A DNA stretch of 15,467 nucleotides. Source: Candidatus Micrarchaeota archaeon. Lineage in GTDB: Archaea; Micrarchaeota; Micrarchaeia; Anstonellales; Anstonellaceae. Numbering within the stretch: the stretch's first letter is position 1; every line of letters starts with the position of its first letter. The position numbers and the translations under genes are program-made. Under the pieces are notes generated by a model that saw only the letters and a list, made by a program, of their open reading frames with translations, ran no database searches and had not been told where the DNA came from. The DNA lies in NCBI GenBank assembly GCA_013331805.1, contig DUFS01000073.1, forward strand, positions 3,315 through 18,781, in the 5' to 3' direction. Positions 1 through 7,879 of the stretch are shown here, piece by piece.

Positions 1-25
1 GCGGCAGTTATGCAACAAGGCATCT

Positions 26-1258
26 TTATCCCATTATTTTTCTTGCCGCATCCTCAATTGAAAGCAGCTCTTCCTTGCCGGTCTTGAGGTTCCGCAATGT
101 GACTTTTGCAGCCTTTATTTCCCGCTCGCCCACAATCGCAATCCATTCGCAGGAGCCTGCGGCGTTTTCAACCTGCTTTTTCAGGTTCCTGCAGTTCAAA
201 TCGGTCAGGGCGCTTATGCCTCCCTTGCGGAATGCCGCAGCAACAGAAAGCGCGGAGCCATAGAACCCCTCCTTGGCATTCGCGACAAACACCCCTTGTT
301 TTTCAAATTCCCTTTCCTTCATGAGCGCTAGCAGCCGCTCAATCCCCAGTGAAATTCCGACCGCGGAATCGCCCTGGCCGTACATGGAAAGCAAGCCGTC
401 GTACCTTCCGCCACCTGCCACGCTGCCCATCTCCTTGCCAAGAGAAAGCTCGAATATGGGGCCCGTGTAATAATCCAGCCCGCGCACAAGCGAAAAATCC
501 AGCTCAACTTTGATTGCTTTGGAGTACTCGGGCAGAAGATCAAGTATTTCCTTAAGGTCCTGCGCAGCTTCCTTGCTGTAGATTTCCGCAAGCTTGAGTC
601 TTGATTCGTTTCCTGAACTGCCAGTTAGCTCTGAAAGGAGCTTTTTTGCCGCCTCCTTTTTCACGCCGACCCCTTCAAGCATTTCAACGCAGGCGGCATC
701 CCCGATTTTTTCCCGCTTGTCAAATATTCTCAGCACTTCCCCTTCTTTTCCGGAAATAAGCCTGGAGGCTATTGCAGAAATTATCCTCCTGTCATTCAGC
801 CTGACTACCGGGGCAGGAAATCCCAGTTCCTGTATTGCTTCTGAGGCGCAGGCTATGAGCTCGGCTTCTGCCCGCACAGAGGGGCAGCCGATTATGTCCG
901 CGTCAGCCTGGTAAAACTCGCGAAGCCTGCCCTTTTGCGGCTCCTCCCGCCTCCAGACCGGCGCTATGCAGTAGCGCTTGAATGGCTTTTTGAACATGCT
1001 GGAGGACGATACCCTTGCAAGAGGCACGGTCAGGTCGAATCTTAGTGCCAACCTGCCATCGTCCACCCTGAAAAGCTGGCCCCTAATCTCCTCGCCGCAC
1101 TTTTTCTCCAGCACCTCAACTGTCTCGAGAGCAGGCGTTTCCATTGGCAGAAACCCAAATTTTTGGTATACGCCCCCTATCCTTCCCATTGCCCACTGCC
1201 GCTTCTGCATCTCGGCAGGCAAAAAGTCGCGCATACCCTTGGGAGCAGTGAAATCCAT
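26..1258 (-). CDS. hisS: Histidyl-tRNA synthetase
   Basis: 410 aa. N-terminal PKGMRDFLP, LRFDLTVPLAR, motif 2 WRREEPQKGRLREFYQADADI, RGLDYYTG, GGGRYDGL, motif 3 GISLGIERL, and a C-terminal anticodon-binding domain. Confidence 0.98.
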   Translation of the reverse strand: MDFTAPKGMRDFLPAEMQKRQWAMGRIGGVYQKFGFLPMETPALETVEVLEKKCGEEIRGQLFRVDDGRLALRFDLTVPLARVSSSSMFKKPFKRYCIAPVWRREEPQKGRLREFYQADADIIGCPSVRAEAELIACASEAIQELGFPAPVVRLNDRRIISAIASRLISGKEGEVLRIFDKREKIGDAACVEMLEGVGVKKEAAKKLLSELTGSSGNESRLKLAEIYSKEAAQDLKEILDLLPEYSKAIKVELDFSLVRGLDYYTGPIFELSLGKEMGSVAGGGRYDGLLSMYGQGDSAVGISLGIERLLALMKEREFEKQGVFVANAKEGFYGSALSVAAAFRKGGISALTDLNCRNLKKQVENAAGSCEWIAIVGEREIKAAKVTLRNLKTGKEELLSIEDAARKIMG

Positions 1259-1262
1259 GGGA

Positions 1263-1574
1263 CTAACCCTTCATGCTGGCGTTTATCCACTCTTTCAGGT
1301 TTTCCTTGGTGGTCGCGCCCACGCGGTTTGCGATCATCTTGCCGTTCTTGAGAAGCAATAGCGTTGGAATTGAGGCCACCCCGAACTTTTCCGAAAGCTC
1401 GGGCTGCTCGTCCACGTTCACCTTGCCGAATTTCAGGCCCTTCATCTCCTGCGAAAGCGCGTCCACCACAGGCCCGAGGATCCTGCAGGGCCCGCACCAG
1501 GGCGCCCAGAAGTCCACAAGCATCAGTCCTGTTTTCGTTTCCATTTCAAAAGTCTCTTCGGTCAGTGTAAGCAT
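1263..1574 (-). CDS. trxA: Thioredoxin (103 aa)
   Basis: DFWAPWCGPC active site and SIPTL cis-Pro motif. Start moved from the ORF-track 1739 to ATG 1574, which is preceded by GGGAGGGTGGGG (RBS-like). Confidence 0.96.
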   Translation of the reverse strand: MLTLTEETFEMETKTGLMLVDFWAPWCGPCRILGPVVDALSQEMKGLKFGKVNVDEQPELSEKFGVASIPTLLLLKNGKMIANRVGATTKENLKEWINASMKG

Positions 1575-1608
1575 TTTCCCCACCCTCCCAGCATAGCTTT
1601 CAGCGCAA

Positions 1609-1620
1609 AGTAAATAAAAG
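1609..1620 (-). promoter_or_regulatory. Putative TATA box for trxA-hisS
   Basis: Minus strand reads CTTTTATTTACT, about 35-45 nt upstream of the trxA ATG in an AT-rich intergenic gap. Confidence 0.45.
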
Positions 1621-1635
1621 CGATTACCCCTTGCT

Positions 1636-2097
1636 TCATTGCGTCCCAAAGTAAGACTTGAATTTCGGTGTTGTCGTGAGCGTCGAGCTTCTCCCTGACT
1701 TTTTCTGGATGACAAAGCCCTTTTCCACAAGCTCGGCAACGTCCTGGTAAATCGTGGAGCCCAGCTTGTCCGCCAAGAGTGACTTTTTTATCCCGTCGCT
1801 TTTCGAAATATAGGCAAGGGTGCGAAGCGCATGCCTTGAAATCTCCCCGGCCTGCGCGAAGTCCTTGACAGCATTCACGTACTCGGGGCGAAGCCGCATG
1901 TAGTACTTGCCCTCCTCAAAGGCAATTTCAATCGCGCTGCCGCTGCCTGAATACCTCTTTTGAAGCGAATCGAGCCTCTGGGAAATGAAGCCTGGCGCAG
2001 AGACACCTATGAGCTTTCCAAGCTCGGCAACCGCCAGGGGCTTGCTCGACATGAAAAGCGCAGCCTCGATTATCCTCTCGGCCTCGGTTTCGTCCAT
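1636..2097 (-). CDS. scpB: SMC-Scp complex subunit ScpB
   Basis: IIEAALFMSSKPL N-terminus, ALRTLAYI, LVEKGFV and C-terminal TTPKFKSYFG, matching ScpB tandem wHTH motifs. AGGAGG RBS; directly downstream of scpA. Confidence 0.93.
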   Translation of the reverse strand: MDETEAERIIEAALFMSSKPLAVAELGKLIGVSAPGFISQRLDSLQKRYSGSGSAIEIAFEEGKYYMRLRPEYVNAVKDFAQAGEISRHALRTLAYISKSDGIKKSLLADKLGSTIYQDVAELVEKGFVIQKKSGRSSTLTTTPKFKSYFGTQ

Positions 2098-2143
2098 GAA
2101 AATTTCCTCCTGAAATTTTCAGACATTTTCCTTCAGGAAAATG
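2096..2143. repeat. Double inverted repeat (double-hairpin module) over the scpB start and RBS
   Basis: TGAAAATTTC(2097-2106)-ctcct-GAAATTTTCA(2112-2121), GA spacer, then CATTTTCC(2124-2131)-ttca-GGAAAATG(2136-2143). Both stems are perfect. Confidence 0.85.
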
Positions 2144-2191
2144 CTGATAAGAATCACTCATCTTAAGCGCAATTTGTACTTGCCAGCCCCT

Positions 2192-3067
2192 TCATTTGCC
2201 CTTTTTCCCATCGTCCTCCTCTTCATCGCCTTCGTAGTTGTTATTTTCCTTTACCCTTATGAATATTTCGCCAAAGAATTTTTCCTGGAAAATGGTAAGC
2301 TCCCCGTCCTGAACCAAATGCAGCAGGGGAAGCAGGGTCATTATTATTTCGAGCGGGTTTTTCTCCGTCAGTATTGAGGAAAAGGTGGCAAGTCCTTCAG
2401 AGTCTTTTTCCTCAAGCACGCGCTCGTATATCTCCCCCATCCTCTCCTCAATCGAAAACTCCGGAAGCTGGATGTTTATCACAGAGGGTATTTCGATCTT
2501 CTGCGCCTTCTCCTCCCGTTTTTTCTGGTCCTCGAACACCTTTTCCATGGCAAGGAGAAGCTCGTCCAGCGTCACCATCCTCTTGGGGGGCACGCGGGTC
2601 TTGAGCTCAAGCACGGGAATTGTTTCGGGCTCGGAATCCTCCTCCACATAGGTTTCCTCGGACATTACCTGCGCCTCCTCCTCAAAGCGAAGCGCGTCGG
2701 ACTTGAAGCGAATCAGTATCGCAGCCGCAAGAATCAGGTTGGCAGGCACCCGAAGGTCCAGCATCTCCATCTTGCTTATCCTTTCAATGTAGCTTGATGT
2801 GATTTCCACCAGGTCAATGTTCCAGGGGTCAAGCTTCCTTGAGGCGACCAGGTCAAGCAGCATCTCGCGCCAGGTGGGGAATTCCACCAGCTTTTCCAAT
2901 CGCATGTCTTCTTCCTTCATTTTCGAGGTGTCAATGTGCCCCTCCCCTGCGTCCTCTATCCCCTCCTCGCCCGAAAAATCGGCCCCCCCCTCCTCTTTTT
3001 TTCCCTTCCTTTGGCTGGGACGGGGCGCAGCGCTTTCCGAAATGCCCTCTTCCTTCTTTCTGGTCAT
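2192..3067 (-). CDS. scpA: Segregation/condensation protein ScpA (kleisin)
   Basis: LDPWNIDLVEIT, ANLILAAAILIRFKS, VTLDELL and C-terminal LLHLVQDGELTIFQEKFFGEIFI, matching archaeal ScpA. Start moved to ATG 3067 (GGTGA upstream); the ORF track starts at 3163. Confidence 0.93.
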   Translation of the reverse strand: MTRKKEEGISESAAPRPSQRKGKKEEGGADFSGEEGIEDAGEGHIDTSKMKEEDMRLEKLVEFPTWREMLLDLVASRKLDPWNIDLVEITSSYIERISKMEMLDLRVPANLILAAAILIRFKSDALRFEEEAQVMSEETYVEEDSEPETIPVLELKTRVPPKRMVTLDELLLAMEKVFEDQKKREEKAQKIEIPSVINIQLPEFSIEERMGEIYERVLEEKDSEGLATFSSILTEKNPLEIIMTLLPLLHLVQDGELTIFQEKFFGEIFIRVKENNNYEGDEEEDDGKKGK

Positions 3068-3117
3068 GGCAAAAGTAATCACCCATTCCTTATATTCCTG
3101 ACGCCGTTTCTGCGTCA

Positions 3118-3127
3118 GCTTAAAAAA
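3118..3127. promoter_or_regulatory. Putative TATA element between divergent scpA and the 3162 gene
   Basis: GCTTAAAAAA (minus strand TTTTTTAAGC) in the 94-bp divergent gap. Confidence 0.4.
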
Positions 3128-3161
3128 CACCAGCTTCCGATTATAGGGGTTAAGGGGGAAC

Positions 3162-3656
3162 ATGGGCAGGGAAAAATCAGTCAGCGAAATAACCGACGAG
3201 GCAATAGCGGACGGCGGCTACCTCACCCTAGTCTACTTTGACCTCCATGCGAAAAGCTCGGATGAGGTGAAGAACATCATGGTCGGCTTCATAAGCAAGC
3301 TCACCAAGGAAAAGGGCGTGCTTTATGCTGTGGGCGAAATAGACCAGCCGATCGAAAAGGACGGCATCTGGTCCACATGGGCCGAAGTCAAGCTCCTTGC
3401 GTCCGACTTCGCAACCCTGGTACGGATAGCTTCGCAATATTCCCCCATAGGGATTGAAATACTGCGGCCTGACAGGGTAAATCTTGCGATCGGCGACGCG
3501 CAGGGCGTGCTCCTGGACATATCCCAGACCTCGCAGAATTTCACCCGCATGATAATGGAGCGCGTGCTTTCCAAGGAAGAGGTCGAGGAGTACAAGGTCA
3601 AAATGGCGTCCAGGGCCGAGCTGGGAAAGAGGCTGCTTGAGAAAAGCAAGTCGTAA
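3162..3656 (+). CDS. Conserved-looking archaeal hypothetical protein (164 aa, alpha/beta)
   Basis: Clean ORF with an AGGGGG RBS. The pattern STWAEV...F..L.....Y.P..IEIL.P resembles uncharacterised archaeal proteins as I recall them; function unknown. Confidence 0.8.
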   Translation: MGREKSVSEITDEAIADGGYLTLVYFDLHAKSSDEVKNIMVGFISKLTKEKGVLYAVGEIDQPIEKDGIWSTWAEVKLLASDFATLVRIASQYSPIGIEILRPDRVNLAIGDAQGVLLDISQTSQNFTRMIMERVLSKEEVEEYKVKMASRAELGKRLLEKSKS

Positions 3657-3691
3657 AAAGCTGCGGTGCGCAATCCATCGCAGGTGCTTTC

Positions 3692-4441
3692 ATGGAAAAC
3701 ACTCGCATCCGGTCTGGAATTCCCGGCTTGGACACCATGCTGGGCGGGGGCTTTTTGAAAACCAGCCTGACCGTGGTGGCGGGCGGAACGGGTTCAGGAA
3801 GGACAATCTTCGTTTCGCAGTTCCTTTTCAAGGGGGCTACAGCACACAGCGAGCCGGGCCTTTTCATATCATTTGACGACCAGAAGGACTCCCTTTACGC
3901 CAACTTGTCGCAATTCGGCTGGGACCTTGCTGACTTGGAGCGCAAGCAGAGAATCGTCTTCATCGAATACCCGCACAACGAGCTTGCCGCCTTTGCCGAG
4001 CAGGAGTCCGCGATGAAGGACCTGATATCCACCCTGGGCATAAAGCGCGTTGTGGTCGACTCCATCACCCCGTTTTCGCTAATGTTCACCTCGCAGGAGG
4101 AGCGCAGGCTCAATGTCATGAAGCTTGTTTCGGCCGTGAAAAGATGGAAGGTCACTTCACTGATTTCCGCTGAGACGATCCACGGCAACGAGGACTCCCA
4201 GTTCCCGCACACAGTATCAGGAGCGGAGTCATTCGCGGATGGATTCATCCACCTCTCGTTCCACAAGATCGAGGGCAAGCGCAGGAGGGCGGTTGAAATA
4301 GTGAAGATGCGCGGCTGCCGCCACGAGCACGAAATCAGGCGCGCGCAGATCAACAGCCAGGGCTTTGCAATCGAAATCCCCAAGAAGCCCGAAGAAGCGC
4401 AGGCTCACAAGAAGGTATTTTCAGATGGCAACCAAGCTTGA
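3692..4441 (+). CDS. KaiC/RAD55 (RecA-superfamily) single-domain ATPase with degenerate motifs
   Basis: RIRSGIPGLDTMLGGG, Walker A-like GGTGSGRT, Walker B RVVVDS, ADGFIHL and IVKMRG. AGGTG RBS. Confidence 0.93.
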   Translation: MENTRIRSGIPGLDTMLGGGFLKTSLTVVAGGTGSGRTIFVSQFLFKGATAHSEPGLFISFDDQKDSLYANLSQFGWDLADLERKQRIVFIEYPHNELAAFAEQESAMKDLISTLGIKRVVVDSITPFSLMFTSQEERRLNVMKLVSAVKRWKVTSLISAETIHGNEDSQFPHTVSGAESFADGFIHLSFHKIEGKRRRAVEIVKMRGCRHEHEIRRAQINSQGFAIEIPKKPEEAQAHKKVFSDGNQA

Positions 4442-5522
4442 GATAGACCCATGGGCATCGGAGCAGTCGTTCGACTACGCCAGGCTCTTTGCCGAATTCG
4501 GCATGTCCAAGATCACTCCTGAAATTTCAGACAAGCTCTGCTCAAAGCTTTCCAGGCGCGAGGTGCTCTTTGCCCACCGCGACCTGGGCTTCTGGCTAAA
4601 GGACGCGGAAGCAGGAAAAAGCGTTGCAGTGATGTCAGGCATCAAGCCGTCCTCAGAATTCCATCTCGGCTCCAAGCTTACCGCAGACGAGCTCATACAC
4701 TTCCAGAAGAAATTCAAGGCAAAGGTGTTCTATGCGATTGCAGACCTGGAAGCGTATGCCGACAACGGGCTTGCCCTGGAACAGACGCACGAGACTGCAA
4801 TTTCAAACGTCGCGGACCTTCTTGCTCTAGGGCTGGATGAGAAAAACGCCTACATCTACAAGCAGTCGCAGGAAAAGCGCGTGATGCAGATGGCCTATGT
4901 GTTTTCGCGCAGGGCCACCCCTGCGATGCTCAAGAGCCTGTATGGCGAGAGGAATTACTCGCTTTACTTTGCCGCGCTAACACAGGTCGGCGACATACTT
5001 CTTCCCCAGCACGCTGATTTCGGGGGAAGGAAGCGCGTGATAGTTCCTGTCGGCGTGGACCAGGACCCGCACATCCGCTTTGCCAGGGACATTGCTTTCA
5101 AGGAGAAACTGGTGCAGCCAGGCGCCACCTATCACAGGATAATGAAGAGCCTGAACGGGCTTGACAAGATGAGCAAGCGCGACCCCAATGCGACGCTTAG
5201 CCTTTCGGATTCGCCCGAAGTTGCTAAAAAGAAACTGATGAACGCATTCAGCGGGGGAAGGAACACGGCTGAGGAGCAGCGGCGACTTGGCGGGGAAATA
5301 GAAAAGGATGTGCTTTACGAAATAATGAAGTTCCACTTCTTGGAGGACGACTCGCTCCTGGAGGAAATGAAAGAGGACATGGTCTCGGGCAGGCTCCTTA
5401 CGGGCGAGTATAAGCTGAAATGGATTCCCTATGCCCTCGATTGGCTAAAAAAGCACCAGGAAAGGAAAAAGGAGATGCTGCCCAGGGCAAGAAAAATACT
5501 TGAGAAGGCTGCGCAGGATTAG
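4425..5522 (+). CDS. trpS: Tryptophanyl-tRNA synthetase (archaeal type)
   Basis: IDPW N-terminus, DYARLFAEFG, HIGH-like GIKPSSEFHLGS, PVGVDQDPH, KMSK and AFSGGR..EEQRRLGG. Start ATG 4425 overlaps the upstream gene by 17 nt. Confidence 0.96.
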   Translation: MATKLEIDPWASEQSFDYARLFAEFGMSKITPEISDKLCSKLSRREVLFAHRDLGFWLKDAEAGKSVAVMSGIKPSSEFHLGSKLTADELIHFQKKFKAKVFYAIADLEAYADNGLALEQTHETAISNVADLLALGLDEKNAYIYKQSQEKRVMQMAYVFSRRATPAMLKSLYGERNYSLYFAALTQVGDILLPQHADFGGRKRVIVPVGVDQDPHIRFARDIAFKEKLVQPGATYHRIMKSLNGLDKMSKRDPNATLSLSDSPEVAKKKLMNAFSGGRNTAEEQRRLGGEIEKDVLYEIMKFHFLEDDSLLEEMKEDMVSGRLLTGEYKLKWIPYALDWLKKHQERKKEMLPRARKILEKAAQD

Positions 5523-6515
5523 CTACTTTTTCGCCCTGGCAATCGCAAGCCTTGGAACGAACGCGCATAGGACAGACTGCTCGATTTGCTCGCTCCTGTG
5601 AAGGACCCCCGCGGAAAAGTGCCCGATTGCCCCGTGCCTTTTCCCGATGTCCTTGACTCCCGCCATATCGGCTAGCACTTTTGTCAGGTCGGATTCCTCC
5701 CTCCTTATCCTTTTCGCAATTTCTTCGGGAACCACGAAGCCCATTCCCGTGCCGTAGGTTTCCTCCTTGCCGTCAAAAACGCATGCAACCGTGATGTCGA
5801 TGTGCATTCCTTTCTTCAGGGTGAACAGGCCCGACTCCATCCCAATCGAGTAATCGCACCTGCCTTTTGCCCTTTTCCAAGAAGCCTGAGCACGGTTTTT
5901 CGCACCGGAAAAAGTTTCTTCATTGAAAGGATGGTCGGGCACTCCTGATTTTTCGCTGTGGTGATGCAGAACGAATTTTTTGCCGAATATCCTGTGAAGC
6001 GCGCGGGAGGTGCCGCTCAATTTGGTAGGGTTGATAGTCCCAACCTGCACTGCCAAAGGCCGGAGAAGCTCCCCTCCCAAATCTGTTTTTCCCTCGAAAA
6101 TGGACTGGCAGGATATTTTCCGCAGGTCTTCCCCGAAAACTAGCGGAACTGAGATGATTTTGAGAGGGGGCAGGCTGTTTTTCCTGCGAAGCGAGTTGAT
6201 CCTCTGCGCGGCGGGCGTTGTTTCCTCGCTCACAATTATTGCATCCACATCTTGCATTTTTTCCGCGCCGCCTGACTCGTTTTCTATCATGTGTATTTTC
6301 GTTCGCGAAAAGAGCCCAATCCGTTTCAGGGCGGCAAGGAGCGTCCTAAGCCTTCTTGCGTATGGAAAGGAAGGGTAAATCTTGTGCCTTTTGACGTAGG
6401 AGTCGCTTGTGAGCCCTATCGTGATTTCCGAAAAGCGCCCGCATTCCCTGAGCATGGAATCGTGCCCTGCGTGCACATAGGTGAAGGTCCCCCCCAGAAC
6501 GCAAGACCTGCCCAT
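5523..6515 (-). CDS. coaD: Bifunctional phosphopantetheine adenylyltransferase (CoaD-type) / YjjX-DUF84 inosine-xanthosine triphosphatase
   Basis: N-domain GGTF..HAGH, IGLTSD, IIVSEET, IN..R and ISC (nucleotidyltransferase). C-domain VGTINPTK, SGV..P, GAKNRA, GMESGL and GAIG (YjjX). Confidence 0.9.
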   Translation of the reverse strand: MGRSCVLGGTFTYVHAGHDSMLRECGRFSEITIGLTSDSYVKRHKIYPSFPYARRLRTLLAALKRIGLFSRTKIHMIENESGGAEKMQDVDAIIVSEETTPAAQRINSLRRKNSLPPLKIISVPLVFGEDLRKISCQSIFEGKTDLGGELLRPLAVQVGTINPTKLSGTSRALHRIFGKKFVLHHHSEKSGVPDHPFNEETFSGAKNRAQASWKRAKGRCDYSIGMESGLFTLKKGMHIDITVACVFDGKEETYGTGMGFVVPEEIAKRIRREESDLTKVLADMAGVKDIGKRHGAIGHFSAGVLHRSEQIEQSVLCAFVPRLAIARAKK

Positions 6516-6519
6516 AGCA

Positions 6520-7863
6520 TTACCACGTGTACTTTACCCCGAAAAGCTCGTATATGTAGCTCACCATGAAGACGAATCCCACGAAAAACGGGTAGAGCCA
6601 GAGCAGGCACACCAACGGGAGGATGTGCCGCATCTTGGGCTCGGTCTTGGAAATTTCAAAGCTTTTTATCAGGAAGTAGGCCCAGATGGCAAGCGAGAAC
6701 AGCCCCAGCACCCAGGCTGACTGGAACGTCAGAAGGCCGTTTCCCAGGCCTGCCACGGTCGCGCTCACCCCTGCAGAAAAATTGTAGGTGAATGGGGAAA
6801 GCCAGTCAAAGAAATTCCTGCTCCAGCTCATCAGGGTCCATGCCATGAAAAGCGCGGCGAAAAAGCCGCTTCCAAGGGTGGTTGGGAGTATGAATATCCC
6901 GAAGTCGCCGTACGCAGGGTTGAAGAACAGGTCAATGTACTTGAGTATGTTCATCACCCCGCCGCGGTACCAGCGAAGCCGCTGGCGGAAAAGCCTGCCG
7001 AGATCAGCAGGAACATCGGTAAGGACCGAGGTCTCGTGGCATGCGCGGATCTTGTACCCGTTCTTCTGCATGCGAAGCGCAATCTCCATGTCCTCGGTCA
7101 GGTTCTGCTCGTCAAAGCCCCCAAGTTTCTGCAGAATGGCTTTCTTGTAAAAGGCGGTCGGGCCTGGCGTCACGTATAAGCCGTCTATGCTCGCAATGGT
7201 GCGGAAGAAAAAGCCGAACGATATCCAGTATTCGATTTCCTGAATCCTCTGCAGGATGCTCCTGGGGTTGTTGACGCACACGAAGACGACCACCGAGGCG
7301 ACGCGCTCGTCCTCGTAGAAGTGCTTTATCACCTTCTGCAGGCAGTCCTCGGCAGGATAGGTGTCCGAGTCTATGCACGCCACTATCTCGCCCTTCGCGT
7401 GCTTCATGGCAAAGTTGAGCGCAGCCGCCTTGCCGCGGTGGAGTTTGTTCGGAAGCAGGGTTACCCCGGGCGTTTTCGCAAGCAGGTCAAAGGATCCATC
7501 GGTCGAGCCGTCGTCCACCACCAGTATGTCGAATTTCCCGGAGTACTTCATTTTCTTGCAGGCTTCAAGGCAGTTGAAAATCGTGCCCCTTGCATTGAAG
7601 GAGGGGATTACCACGGTCACGTGGGGGTATTTCTCAGGCTCAGGGATGGGCGGCTCTTCCTTTGCCCCCTCCAGCCAAAGGATCAGGTACGAGCTGAAAA
7701 TGAAAATCGAAAGGATGGTGTATCCCAGAAATATGATCTGGTAGGAGATTGACAGGAACACGAATACGCAAACCGCAAGCACCAGCATGCCCAGTATCGC
7801 AAGCTCGCGCCGCTCGGGTATGTGGATGGTGGAACGCTTGTGCTCTGCTTTCTTCACTTCCAA
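6520..7863 (-). CDS. Membrane GT2 glycosyltransferase (processive, cellulose-synthase-like motif set)
   Basis: DDGSTD, GKAAALN, DSD, TED and QRLRW motifs, with N- and C-terminal TM helices. Start proposed at TTG 7863 with GGGTGA upstream; the ORF-track start at 7908 overlaps the upstream gene. Confidence 0.92.
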   Translation of the reverse strand: MEVKKAEHKRSTIHIPERRELAILGMLVLAVCVFVFLSISYQIIFLGYTILSIFIFSSYLILWLEGAKEEPPIPEPEKYPHVTVVIPSFNARGTIFNCLEACKKMKYSGKFDILVVDDGSTDGSFDLLAKTPGVTLLPNKLHRGKAAALNFAMKHAKGEIVACIDSDTYPAEDCLQKVIKHFYEDERVASVVVFVCVNNPRSILQRIQEIEYWISFGFFFRTIASIDGLYVTPGPTAFYKKAILQKLGGFDEQNLTEDMEIALRMQKNGYKIRACHETSVLTDVPADLGRLFRQRLRWYRGGVMNILKYIDLFFNPAYGDFGIFILPTTLGSGFFAALFMAWTLMSWSRNFFDWLSPFTYNFSAGVSATVAGLGNGLLTFQSAWVLGLFSLAIWAYFLIKSFEISKTEPKMRHILPLVCLLWLYPFFVGFVFMVSYIYELFGVKYTW

Positions 7864-7879
7864 TACTGTCACCCGAGAA

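Noticed and set aside
10..23. ATGC-aacaag-GCAT mini-stem after the hisS stop
   Set aside because: Only 4 bp and truncated by the window edge, so it cannot be assessed as another module.
1598..1612. Possible echo of the scpB end (TACTTTGCG versus TACTTTGGG) downstream of its stop
   Set aside because: Only YF is conserved, there is no double hairpin, and it overlaps the likely trxA TATA; consistent with chance.
1575..1739. N-terminal extensions of thioredoxin, and similarly of ScpA, TrpRS, GT2 and the coiled-coil protein, in the ORF track
   Set aside because: They overlap neighbouring genes or promoters, and internal starts fit RBS position and/or family length better.
5520..5525. TAGCTA palindrome at the trpS/coaD junction
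   Set aside because: Simply two abutting TAG stops of convergent genes, with no hairpin module or recoded echo.
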